Of a stretch of DNA of 64,000 nucleotides, positions 15,001 through 27,629 are shown piece by piece. How positions within the stretch are numbered: position 1 is the stretch's first letter; every line of letters starts with the position of its first letter. This DNA is from Mobula hypostoma. Lineage: Eukaryota. The stretch covers positions 46,564,001-46,628,000 of the forward strand of contig NC_086108.1 of NCBI RefSeq assembly GCF_963921235.1. The letters are read 5' to 3'. The translations under genes were made by a program, and so were the position numbers. Below the pieces are notes generated by a model. The model had not been told where the DNA came from and did not search any database. It saw nothing but the letters and a program-made list of their open reading frames with translations.

Positions 15001-18000
15001 CCACTGTTCCCATCTACCCTTCACCCTCACACTCCCACTGTTCCCATCTGCCCTTCACCCTCACACCTCCACTGTTCCCATCTGCCCTTCACCCTCACAC
15101 TCCCACTGTTCCCATCTGCCCTTCACCCTCACACTCCCACTGTTCCCATCTACCCTTCACCCCCACACTCCCACTGTTCCCATCTACCCTTCACCCTCAC
15201 ACTCCCACTGTTCCCATCTGCCCTTCACCCTCACAGTCCCACTGTTCCCATCTACCCTTCACCCCAACACTCCCACTGTTCCCATCTACCCTTCACCCTC
15301 AGACTCCCAGTTCACATCTACCCTTCACCCCAACACTCCCACTGTTCCCATCCACCCTTCACCCTCACACTCCCACTATTCCCATCTACCCTTCACCCCC
15401 ACACTCCCACTGTTCCCATCTGCCCTTCACCCCCACGCCTCCACTGTTCCCATCTGCCCTTCACCCTCACACTCCCACTGTTCCCATCTGACCTTCACCC
15501 TCACACTCCCACTGTTCCCATCTACCCTTCACCCTCACACTCCCACTGTTCCCATCTGCCCTTCACCCTCACACTCCCACTGTTCCCATCTGCCCTTCAC
15601 CCTCACACTCCCACTGTTCCCATCTGCCCTTCACCCTCACACTCCCACTGTTCCCATCTACCATTCACCCTCACACTCCCACTGTTCCCATCTGCCCTTC
15701 ACACTCACACTCCCACTGTTCCCATCTACCCTTCACCCTCACACTCCCACTGTTCCCATCTACCCTTCACCCTCACACTCCCACTGTTCCCATCTGCCCT
15801 TCACCCTCACACTCCCACTGTTCCCATCTGCCCTTCACCCGCACACTCCCACTGTTCCCATCTGCCCTTCACCCTCACACTCCCACTGTTCCCATCTGCC
15901 CTTCACCCCCACACTCCCACTGTTCCCATCTACCCTTCACCCTCACACTCCCACTGTTCCCATCTGCCCTTCACCCCCACACTCCCACTGTTCCCATCTG
16001 CCCTTCACCCCCGCACATTCCCACTGTTCCCATCTGCCCTTCACCCTCACACTCCCACTGTTCCCATCTACCCTTCACCCTCACACTCCCACTGTTCCCA
16101 TCTGCCCTTCACCCTCACACTCCCACTGTTCCCATCTGCCCTTCACCCTCACACTCCCACTGTTCCCATCTGCCCTTCACCCTCACACTCCCACTGTTCC
16201 CATCTGCCCTTCACCCTCACACTCCCACTGTTCCCATCTACCCTTCACCCCCACACTCCCACTGTTCCCATCTACCCTTCACCCTCACACTCCCACTGTT
16301 CCCATCTGCCCTTCACCCTCACACTCCCACTGTTCCCATCTACCCTTCACCCCAACACTCCCACTGTTCCCATCTACCCTTCACCCACAACTCCCAGTTC
16401 CCATCTACCCTTCACCCCACACTCCCACTGTTCCCATCTACCCTTCACCCCCACACTCCCACTGTTCCCATCTGCCCTTCACCCCCACACTCCCACTGTT
16501 CCCATCTGCCCTTCACCCTCACACTCCCACTGTTCCCATCTGCCCTTCACCCTCACACTCCCACTGTTCCCATCTACCCTTCACCCTCACACTCCCACTG
16601 TTCCCATCTACCCTTCACCCCCACACTCCCACTGTTCCCATCTGCCCTTCACCCTCACACTCCCACTGTTCCCATCTGCCCTTCACCCTCACACTCCCAC
16701 TGTTCCCATCTACCCTTCACCGTCACACTCCCACTGTTCCCATCTGCCCTTCACCCCCACACTACCACTGTTCCCATCTATCCTTCACCCCCACACTCCC
16801 ACTGTTCCCATCTACCCTTCACCCCCACACTCCCACTGTTCCCATCTGCCCTTCACCCTCACACTCCCACTGTTCCCATCTGCCCTTCACCCTCACACTC
16901 CCACTGTTCCCATCTACCATTCACCCTCACCCTCCCACTGTTCCCATCTGCCCTTCACCCTCACACTCCCACTGTTCCCATCTGACCTTCACCCTCACAC
17001 TCCCACTGTTCCCATCTACCCTTCACCCTCACACTCCCACTGTTCCCATCTGCCCTTCACCCCCACACTCCCACTGTTCCCATCTGCCCTTCACCCTCAC
17101 ACTCCCACTGTTCCCATCTACCCTTCACCCTCACACTCCCACTGTTCCCATCTACCCTTCACCCTCACACTCCCACTGTTCCCATCTGCCCTTCACCCCC
17201 ACACTCCCACTGTTCCCATCTACCCTTCACCCCCACACTCCCACTGTTCCCATCTACCCTTCACCCTCACACTCCCACTGTTCCCATCTGCCCTTCACCC
17301 TCACACTCCCACTGTTCCCATCTGCCCTTCACCCTCACACTCCCACTGTTCCCATCTACCATTCACCCTCACACTCCCACTGTTCCCATCTCCCATTCAC
17401 CCTCACACTCCCACTGTTCCCATCTGCCCTTCACCCTCACACTCCCACTGTTCCCATCTGCCCTTCACCCTCACATTCCCACTGTTCCCATCTACCATTC
17501 ACCCTCACACTCCCACTGTTCCCATCTACCATTCACCCTCACACCTCCACTGTTCCCATCTGCCCTTCACCCTCACACTCCCACTGTTCCCATCTGCCCT
17601 TCACCCTCACATTCCCACTGTTCCCATCTACCATTCACCCTCACACTCCCACTGTTCCCATCTACCATTCACCCTCGCACTCCCACTGTTCCCATCTGCC
17701 GTTCACCTTCACACTCCCACTGTTCCCATCTACCATTCACCCTCACCCTCCCACTGTTCCCATCTGCCCTTCACCCTCACACTCCCACTGTTCCCATCTG
17801 CCCTTCACCCTCACACTCCCACTGTTCCCATCTGCCCTTCACCCTCACATTCCCACTGTTCCCATCTACCCTTCACCCTCACACTCCCACTGTTCCCATC
17901 TGCCCTTCACCCTCACACCTCCACTGTACCCATCTGCCCTTCACCGTCACACTCCCACTGTTCCCATCTGCCCTTCACCCCCACACTCCCACGGTTCCCA

Positions 18001-21000
18001 TCTGCCCTTCACCCTCACACTCCCACTGTTCCCATCTACCCTTCACCCCCACACTCCCACTGTTCCCATCTACCCTTCACCCTCACACTCCCACTGTTCC
18101 CATCTGCCCTTCACCCGCACACTCCCACTGTTCCCATCTACCCTTCACCCCAACACTCCCACTGTTCCCATCTGCCCTTCACCCCCACACTCCCACTGTT
18201 CCCATCTATCCTTCACCCCCACACTCCCACTGTTCCCATCTACCCTTCACCCTCACACTCCCACTGTTCCCATCTGCCCTTCACCCTCACACTCCCACTG
18301 TTCCCATCTACCCTTCACCCCCACACTCCCACTGTTCCCATCTACCCTTCACCCTCACACTCCCACTGTTCCCATCCACCCTTCACCCTCACACTCCCAC
18401 TGTTCCCATCTACCCTTCACCCTCACACTCCCACTGTTCCCATCTGCCCTTCACCCCCACACTCCCACTGTTCCCATCTGCCCTTCACCCTCACACTCCC
18501 ACTGTTCCCATCTGCCCTTCACCCTCACACTCCCACTGTTCCCATCTGCCCTTCACCCGCACACTCCCACTGTTCCCATCTGCCCTTCACACCCACACTC
18601 CCACTGTTCCCATCTACCCTTCACCCTCACACTCCCACTGTTCCCATCTACCCTTCACCCTCACACTCCCACTGTTCCCATCTACCCTTCAGCCCCACAC
18701 TCCCACTGTTCCCATCTGCCCTTCACCCTCACACTCCCACTGTTCCCATCTACCCTTCACCCTCACACTCCCACTGTTCCCATCTACCATTCACCCTCAC
18801 ACTCCCACTGTTCCCATCTGCCCTTCACCCTCACACTCCCACTGTTCCCATCTGCCCTTCACCCTCACACTCCCACTGTTCCCATCTGCCCTTCACCCTC
18901 ACACTCCCACTGTTCCCATCTGCCCTTCACCCCCACACTCCCACTGTTCCCATCTACCCTTCACCCCCACACTCCCACTGTTCCCATCTACCCTTCACCC
19001 TCACACTCCCACTGTTCCCATCTGCCCTTCACCCCCACACTCCCACTGTTCCCATCTGCCCTTCACCCCCACACTCCCACTGTTCCCATCTACCCTTCAC
19101 CCCCACACTCCCACTGTTCCCATCTACCATTCACCCTCACACTCCCACTGTTCCCATCTACCCTTCACCCTCACACTCCCACTGTTCCCATCTGCCCTTC
19201 ACCCTCACACTCCCACTGTTCCCATCTGCCCTTCACCCCCACACTCCCACTGTTCCCATCGACCATTCACCCTCACACTCCCACTGTTCCCATCTACCCT
19301 TCACCCTCACACTCCCACTGTTCCCATCTACCCTTCACCCTCACACTCCCACTGTTCCCATCTACCCTTCACCCTCACACTCCCACTGTTCCCATCGACC
19401 ATTCACCCTCACACTCCCACTGTTCCCATCTGCCCTTCACCCTCACACTCCCACTGTTCCCATCTGCCCTTCACCCTCACACTCCCACTGTACCCATCTG
19501 CCCTTCACCCTCACACTCCCACTGTTCCCATCTGCCCTTCACCCCCACACTCCCACTGTTCCCATCTGCCCTTCACCCTCACACTCCCACTGTTCCCATC
19601 TACCCTTCACCCCCACACTCCCACTGTTCCCATCTACCCTTCACCCTCACACTCCCACTGTTCCCATCTACCCTTCACCCTCACACTCCCACTGTTCCCA
19701 TCTGTCCTTCACCCTCACACTCCCACTGTTCCCATCTGCCCTTCACCCTCACACTCCCACTGTTCCCCTCAGCCCGTAACCCTGAAACTCCTACTGTTCC
19801 CATCTACCCTTCACCCACACACTGACACTGTTCCTATCTGCCCTTCACCCGCACACTCCCACTGTTCCCATCTACCCTTCACCCTCACACTCCCACTGTT
19901 CCCATCTGCCCTTCACCCTCACACTCCCACTGTTCCCATCTACCCTTCACCCTCACACTCCCACTGTTCCCATCTGCCCTTCACCCCCACACTCCCACTG
20001 TTCCCATCTACCCTTCACCCTCACACTCCCACTGTTCCCATCTCCCATTCACCCTCACACTCCCACTGTTCCCATCTGCCCTTCACCCTCACACTCCCAC
20101 TGTTCCCATCTGCCCTTCACCCTCACACTCCCACTGTTCCCATCTACCATTCACCCTCACACTCCCACTGTTCCCATCTACCCTTCACCCTCACACTCCC
20201 ACTGTTCCCATCTGCCCTTCACCCTCACACTCCCACTGTTCCCATCTGCCCTTCACCCTCACACTCCCACTGTTCCCATCTACCATTCACCCTCACACTC
20301 CCACTGTTCCCATCTACCCTTCACCCTCACACTCCCACTGTTCCCATCTGCCCTTCACCCTCACACTCCCACTGTTCCCATCTGCCCTTCACCCTCACAC
20401 TCCCACTGTTCCCATCTGCCCTTCACCCTCACACTCCCACTGTTCCCATCTGCCCTTCACCCTCACACTCCCACTGTTCCCATCTGCCCTTCACCCTCAC
20501 ACTCCCACTTTTCCCATCTACCCTTCACCCACACACTCCCACTGTTCCCATCTGCCCTTCACCCTCACACTCCCACTGTTCCCATCTGCCCTTCACCCTC
20601 ACACTCCCACTGTTCCCATCTGCCCTTCACCCTCACACTCCCACTGTTCCCATCTACCCTTCACCCTCACACTCCCACTGTTCCCATCTACCCTTCACCC
20701 TCACACTCCCACTGTTCCCATCTGCCCTTCACCCGCACACTCCCACTGTTCCCATCTACCCTTCACCCTCACACTCCCACTGTTCCCATCTGCCCTTCAC
20801 CCCCACACTCCCACTGTTCCCATCTGCCCTTCACCCCCACACTCCCACTGTTCCCATCTACCCTTCACCCTCACACTCCCACTGTTCCCATCTGCCCTTC
20901 ACCCCCACACTCCCACTGTTCCCATCTACCCTTCACCCCCACACTCCCACTGTTCCCATCTACCCTTCACCCTCACACTCCCACTGTTCCCATCCACCCT

Positions 21001-23188
21001 TCACCCTCACACTCCCACTGTTCCCATCTACCCTTCACCCCCACACTCCCACTGTTCCCATCTGCCCTTCACCCCCACACTCCCACTGTTCCCATCTGCC
21101 CTTCACCCTCACACTCCCACTGTTCCCATCTGCCCTTCACCCTCACACTCCCACTGTTCCCATCTGCCCTTCACCCGCACACTCCCACTGTTCCCATCTG
21201 CCCTTCACACCCACACTCCCACTGTTCCCATCTACCATTCACCCTCACACTCCCACTGTTCCCATCTACCCTTCACCCTCACACTCCCACTGTTCCCATC
21301 TACCCTTCACCCCCACACTCCCACTGTTCCCATCTGCCCTTCACCCTCACACTCCCACTGTTCCCATCTACCCTTCACCCTCACACTCCCACTGTTCCCA
21401 TCTACCCTTCACCCTCACACTCCCACTGTTCCCATCTGCCCTTCACCCTCACACTCCCACTGTTCCCATCTGCCCTTCACCCTCACACTCCCACTGTTCC
21501 CATCTGCCCTTCACCCTCACACTCCCACTGTTCCCATCTACCCTTCACCCCCACACTCCCACTGTTCCCATCTACCATTCACCCTCACACTCCCACTGTT
21601 CCCATCTACCCTTCACCCTCACACTCCCACTGTTCCCATCTGTCCTTCACCCTCACACTCCCACTGTTCCCATCTGCCCTTCACCCTCACACTCCCACTG
21701 TTCCCCTCAGCCCGTAACCCTGACACTCCTACTGTTCCCATCTGCCCTTCACCCGCACACTCCCACTGTTCCCATCGGCCCGTAACCCCCTCACTCCCAC
21801 TGTTCCTATCTGCTCTTCATCCACACACTCCCACTGTTCCCATCTGCCCTTCACACCCACACTCCCACTGTTCCCATCTACCCTTCACCCTCACACTCCC
21901 ACTGTTCCCATCTGCCCTTCACCCACACACTCCCACTGTTCCCATCGACCCTTCACCCTTATACTCCCACTGTTCCCATTTATCCTTCACCCCCACACTC
22001 CCACTGTTCCCCTCAGCCCGTAACCCTGACACTCCTACTGTTCCCATCTGCCCTTCACCCACACACTCCCACTGTTCCCATCTGCCCTTCACCCTCACAC
22101 TCCCACTGTTCCCATCTGCCCTTCACCCTCACACTCCCACTGTTCCCATCTGCCCTTCACCCTCACACTCCCACTGTTCCCATCTACCCTTCACCCTCAC
22201 ACTCCCACTGTTCCCATCTGCCCTTCACCCTCACACTCCCACTGTTCCCATCTGCCCTTCACCCTCACACTCCCACTGTTCCCATCTGCCCTTCACCCTC
22301 ACACTCCCACTGTTCCCATCTGCCCTTCACCCCCACACTCCCACTGTTCCCATCTACCCTTCACCCCCACACTCCCACTGTTCCCATCTACCCTTCACCC
22401 TCACACTCCCACTGTTCCCATCTGCCGTTCACCCCCACACTCCCACTGTTCCCATCTACCCTTCACCCTCACACTCCCACTGTTCCCATCTACCCTTCAC
22501 CTTCACACTCCCACTGTTCCCATCTGCCCTTCACCCTCACACTCCCACTGCTCCCATCTGCCCTTCACCCTCACACTCCCACTGCTCCCATCTGCCCTTC
22601 ACCCTCACACTCCCACTGTTCCCATCTGCCCTTCACCCTCACATTCCCACTGTTCCCATCTACCCTTCACCCTCACACTCCCACTGTTCCCATCTGCCCT
22701 TCACCCTCACACTCCCACTGTTCCCATCTGCCCTTCACCGTCACACTCCCACTGTTCCCATCTGCCCTTCACCCCCACACTCCCACTGTTCCCATCTGCC
22801 CTTCACCCCCACACTCCCACTGTTCCCATCTACCCTTCAGCCCCACACTCCCACTGTTCCCATCTACCCTTCACCCGCACACTCCCACTGTTCCCGTCTG
22901 CCCTTCACCCCCACACTACCACTGTTCCCATCTATCCTTCACCCCCACACTCCCACTGTTCCCATCTACCCTTCACCCCCACACTCCCACTGTTCCCATC
23001 TGCCCTTCACCCCCACACTCCCACTGTTCCCATCTGCCCTTCACCCCCACACTCCCACTGTTCCCATCCACCCTTCACCCCCACACTCCCACTGTTCCCA
23101 TCCACCCTTCACCCCCACACTCCCACTGTTCCCATCCACCCTTCACCCTCAGACTCCCACTGTTCCCATCTATCCTTCACCCCCACAC
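1..23188. repeat. 34-bp tandem minisatellite, ~680 copies, consensus TGCCCTTCACCCTCACACTCCCACTGTTCCCATC; continues past the window start
   Basis: Unit read directly. Common variants are TGCC/TACC/TACCA and CCTC/CCCC/CCGC, with occasional 1-2 nt deletions. Ends abruptly at 23188 against a CR1 tail. Confidence 0.99.
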
Positions 23189-23330
23189 ATCATAGAATCA
23201 TAGAAATCTGCAGCACATTACAGGCTGTTCAGCCCACAATGTTGGGCCGACTGTGTAACCTTTTCTGGACAACACCTAGAATTTCGCTCACAGATAGCCA
23301 TGTATTTTTCTAAGCTCCATGTACCTATCT
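23189..23330 (-). mobile_element. CR1 LINE 3' end fragment
   Basis: CATAGAATCATAGAA is the reverse complement of a CR1-type TTCTATG tail. Sequence resembles the CR1 3' end at 52937-53070. Confidence 0.8.
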
Positions 23331-23365
23331 ATTTTTTATATGATGATCTAGTGTTGTTTAGTTAC

Positions 23366-23752
23366 CTTGGTAACACAGTGGCCTCTTCCTTTTCTTGCAA
23401 GGCTCATCATTCCACTTTCCTGAATTTTCTCCCACATTGATGTACATTTCCACACAGTCTTCATTAGCCTTTCCATTGTTGGGTTCACCACGAGCCCAGT
23501 TCTCGCCTATATCCTCCAATTTGCGACGTGTTCCAATCCAGGTCCAGGTGTTGTTGCGCTTCCTCAAACCAATCCAGACGTGACCCCTCGTACTTGACAA
23601 ATGGTTTACCAGGAAATCAATTTCCTCCTTATTCTGTATTGCCACCATGTCCGTGTATCTTCTCCGACAGTAAGCCCTTGCCGTAGCCCAAATCATGTTT
23701 TTATCGGAGTAATGGTATAACCAGCCATGTGCACCTCCTAACATCAGAACCT
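23366..23752 (-). CDS. Selectin C-type lectin exon (P/L-selectin-like architecture), 387 nt, phase 1-1
   Basis: Translates to WLYHYSDKNMIWATARAYC...WIGLRK...NWARGEPNNGKANEDCVEMYI...GKWNDEPC...LCYQ. C19, C90, C109, C117, EPN and WND fall at selectin positions. Acceptor TTTACAG at 23753-4, donor G|GTAACT at 23365. Confidence 0.96.
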
Positions 23753-24529
23753 CTGTAAACCAAGAACATTGTACCAACATTTTTAATCTGTTGCTGATGG
23801 GTTAAAGAGAAAGGTAAATATGATTAATGAATTTATTCCTCCCAGAAGCAAGTATTAGGATTGGGTGTACAATTAAGCCTTGAGTATTAATTGCAACCAC
23901 AGCTGTCAATTGGTTGCTATTATTAAGCCTGATTAGCACAAGCATAGACTAATTAATCAAACAGATTTCTTTTTCATGTTCTGTGACATCCTTTAAGGAT
24001 ACATTCAGCCAGCCTGGTATGCTCCCTCATGTGGATGAAAAAGAGAGATGAAAAATTGGGCGAGGGAGAGAGGGACACAGAGTCTAGAGCAAAGATCCGG
24101 ATCCAATTCCTTTGTTTGAAAACTAGAACTTTGTTTAATTTACAGTCATTCTTCAGTCACTCATCCAGTTGCATCTTCTCTCTATCCATCATCTCCTCCC
24201 TTACCTACCTATATTTCTTTCCCACTCCCTTTCACTATTTTCTTTTCTTTCCTCACAAAGAAAATTAGGTCCTGTGCACTTTATCATGAAAACTTCGATG
24301 GTGTATAAGCTTGATTCTAAATTGCAGAATGCTACACCAACAGCATTGGGGGTATATCTTCATCTGAATGTCTTCAGTAGTTCAAGAACATGGCTCACTG
24401 TCATCTTGAGAATAATTAGTTGGTAATTCTATATACCTCATCTATTTGTCTTGCTATTGAAGATCTTCAAAAAAGCACACAATAGATATTTCCTTCCCAT
24501 ATTGATTTCTCCTTACGGTCAATAAATTC

Positions 24530-24820
24530 CACCCCCCCCCCCCACTTGCTTCAATTCCCACTCTGGCCTCTTACCTCTTCTAACCTGCCTCTTCCTTCTC
24601 CCTGTGTCCCCTCCATTCTCCACGGTCCATTCTCCTCTTCTATCAGATTACTTCTTCTCCAGCCCTTGACCTTTCCCACCCATCTGGCTTCACCAATCAC
24701 CCTCCAGCTAGCCTCCATCCCATCCCCCACCTTTTTATTCTGGAATCTTCCCCTTCCTGCTCAGCCCGAAATGCCAATTGCCGATTCACTTCCATAGATG
24801 CTGCCTGACCTGCTGAGTCA
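24530..24820 (+). mobile_element. Penelope-like element terminal fragment
   Basis: Pyrimidine-rich tract followed by CCCGAAA...CATAGATGCTGCCTGACCTGCTGAG, matching the end of the GIY-YIG element at 56650-57830. Confidence 0.7.
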
Positions 24821-26660
24821 ATATTCAATTTTGCTTCAATATCCAAAGTTATATTTCTATCAACGTATTGACTTTGCCAGCAATGCCTATCTAAACTGCA
24901 AAAAAAAGCAGATCATTCTTACAGCATTCTAAGATATTTGCATTCTATCACTATTGAAAAGTGCAATGAAACCTGTAATTACTTTTGAAGCACTTATCAG
25001 TTCCAGGAGTAATTGAAATTTGTGCTGCCAAGGGTGAAATAATTTTATCTTCCAGCAGCATTATCAACAGGCAGGGTAGTCAGGACTGACCAAGCGTTAG
25101 GCAATTCCAATTTTATGGGTTCTAAGATCATGCAATAAAGAGTCTTCTGACTCTTTTACAGAAGGTGCCTGGACAGGTGAGATGCTCATTACGTTTTTGC
25201 ACTGGTCTTCTGAGTGTTCCAATGCACAGACTCTTAATACCAGCCACTCTCTCTGCTCTGAGTTGTCATGGACCAAAGACTGCCAAGGGTGAGTGGTGAA
25301 CTTGGAGTAGATCCCCTCCCTGGCTATCCCTTCCCATGACAGAGCTCAAAATAGAATGGCAGTTTCACATTTCTTGTGTCAGGCATACGAGTGGCATGCC
25401 CTGCCCAAGAAAACCAATTGAGTACAAGTGCTCAGGATGTCAGCCTGGGGGAAGACACTGTTGTTTATTTGTTTATCATTCTGGTGAATTTGGAGGATTT
25501 TGCAGAGCTGACACAAGGTGCACACGTCATACAGCTGTGAGGAGTATACAGTCTTGTTTAATTTAATCTTTGATGAAGGGCTTCTTTCAACCGCTACATT
25601 ACCAAAACTCTATTCTAAGTTATGTAATATAAACTAATAATGTGTTTTTATAACCTGTTTAACTCAGGTCAACCAGGCAATAACAATAGTGTCAAATGGA
25701 AAAAAAAAATCATTCAGCAAGCACAACATCAGGTGTGTGGTCTTTCACTGTCAAAGGTTTATTGAAAAGCTTTACTCTGCAGCCTCTTCATTTTACTCTA
25801 AAACCTCTCTCCTGTTTCTGTTTGCTGACGTCCTACAAATTCCTCCTCACTTTCCTGCACAAATTCAACGTGTATGATGGGTTCAGCCTTGTGACGAGAT
25901 ACTAGTTCATTTTTATTTCCATCCCCAAGCCTGTCTTCCTTGGGCCATTTCCTGGACACTCATCTCCAGATAGCAGCAATAGCACTTTTTCCCTAGTAGT
26001 GAAATTCAGTTCTCAAGCTTCCAAGACAATGCTTAATACACGACTGATATTTTGGGACCATGGCGCCTTTAACACAACTGATCATGGAATGAATTTCAAG
26101 GTTTTTTTTAATCCATGTGCTACTGCTCTTGACTGCAAAGCAAACAAGCATCCTAGTTCCAAACTCAGGGCAACTCAGGAAAAGTGGTTTGAAGTGTTCT
26201 GGCATAGTGCCTTCTGGAGGACAGTTTACTTAAATTTGTGAAATAGCATTAATAAAAGTAATTTGCTTCTGAAGAAAATTCAGTTTTCAGATTCTTTTCC
26301 TCATACATTTGGTGCACAGATCAAATGACTAGTTCTGTGGGACAGGGACAGTTCTTTTTAAGAGATGAAGGAAAATTTATATAAAGCAAAAACACTGACA
26401 TTTTGGCAAAAAGGGAAGAAAAAAATGGACTGTCAAATGACTGAATGAGAATCCCTGGTCCAATCTTTCGCCCCTGGGGTGAGAAATTTGGTTGGGGAGG
26501 TGGTGGTGGATGTGGAGTTGTCGGAGGGAAAAATGGAATGTAATCCAAGCTGATGTCTTTTCAAAGACGATGTTTTTTTCAAATTATTTATTAAAACAGA
26601 AAAACAGTCCTTGCAATATCACCAAGTAACAGATCAGTCAAATAATCAACAGAATCTTAC

Positions 26661-26754
26661 CATAGATAATCACAGTTAATGTCAAGAATCGAAATATCTT
26701 ATCTTGTATCTGTGGATATTGCATGTATGGATGGTTCACACTACCACGGGATAC
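26661..26754 (-). CDS. Selectin exon 2 (signal peptide), 94 nt, phase 0-1
   Basis: TTCACATGCAG| acceptor and G|GTAAGA donor. Open frame VSRGSVNHPYMQYPQIQDKIFRFLTLTVIIY joins the lectin exon in frame (E-VLMLGGAHG-W), giving a hydrophobic core and an AHG cleavage site. Confidence 0.85.
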
Positions 26755-27629
26755 CTGCATGTGAAGAATAGATCAAGCAAAAATTTGAAGAATAGATTTA
26801 AAATAAAATTCCTAAAGTCTCACTGACGTGCATATCCTGCGTACAAAATGAAAGAATAACAACCTCAGCCATTAGCTTATATACAAGTAAAATACTGAAT
26901 TGTGCTGTTTGGTACTTTTATGTGTTGTGATATCATTTTTGGCCAAATCTTATTCTTGGATATTATTGTATGATTGCGATAATAAATATTCATTTCCTTC
27001 CTCAAGTCAGCTTTCCTCATAGACATAGCAATCTGTTGAGGAACAGGAGAGTATCAGAGCCAAAGCTGACTTTATTTCCACCCGACAGACCCGCTCCCAA
27101 CCTACAAATGCGAAAACCAGAAATAATTTACATCTTTGTTTGATGAGTATTAAAATAGTAGAGTATTTACATCTTTCTATGAAGTTGAAATGAACATAAT
27201 GTTTTCTATGGTTGCAATGATTGCAAATACATACAAAAATATCCTCAGTTTGCTTTTTGTTTAATGTTTCCTTTCTATACTTCTTTAGCAGAGAGCATGA
27301 ATTCCTTCCTTTAATTTGGAATAAGTATTTCCTCCAAAAGTGCTGGGTGGACTAGTAGAAAATATGTTTTGGATAATTGTGCATCGGTTTCATAATATGT
27401 TGTAATCATTATGAATTTTGTACATGCCCACAACTTCCATGGAAATTTATCATCTGAGTTTTGTTTCCTGTTTGGTTTCTGGATTACGAATTTGACCTTG
27501 GAAATGAACAACTTTAGCACTCCAAATGTATCCGTTTATTACAAGTTTTCCTAAAGATTATACAAACAGCTCTGCAGCAATGTCGCATGCAGGCTGAGGA
27601 AGCTGGTGGTCGATATGGTGAGAGGTCGT

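Noticed and set aside
534..19779. Giant His/Pro-rich ORFs (up to 3505 aa) as real genes
   Set aside because: They result from a stop-free 34-bp repeat. They overlap in all frames, start at chance variant codons and lie antisense in an intron.
1..23188. CRISPR array (repeat length is CRISPR-like)
   Set aside because: Units are head to tail with no unique spacers, there are no cas genes and the context is eukaryotic.
1..23188. Telomere-derived array or RAG recombination signal array
   Set aside because: Only an isolated TGAGGG per unit and a rare TAACCC. CACTGTT is not the CACAGTG/CACTGTG heptamer and no nonamer is present.
23358..23780. Single-exon lectin gene as given in the ORF track
   Set aside because: The ORF ends run into intron. 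Splice sites at 23753 and 23365 define an internal exon.
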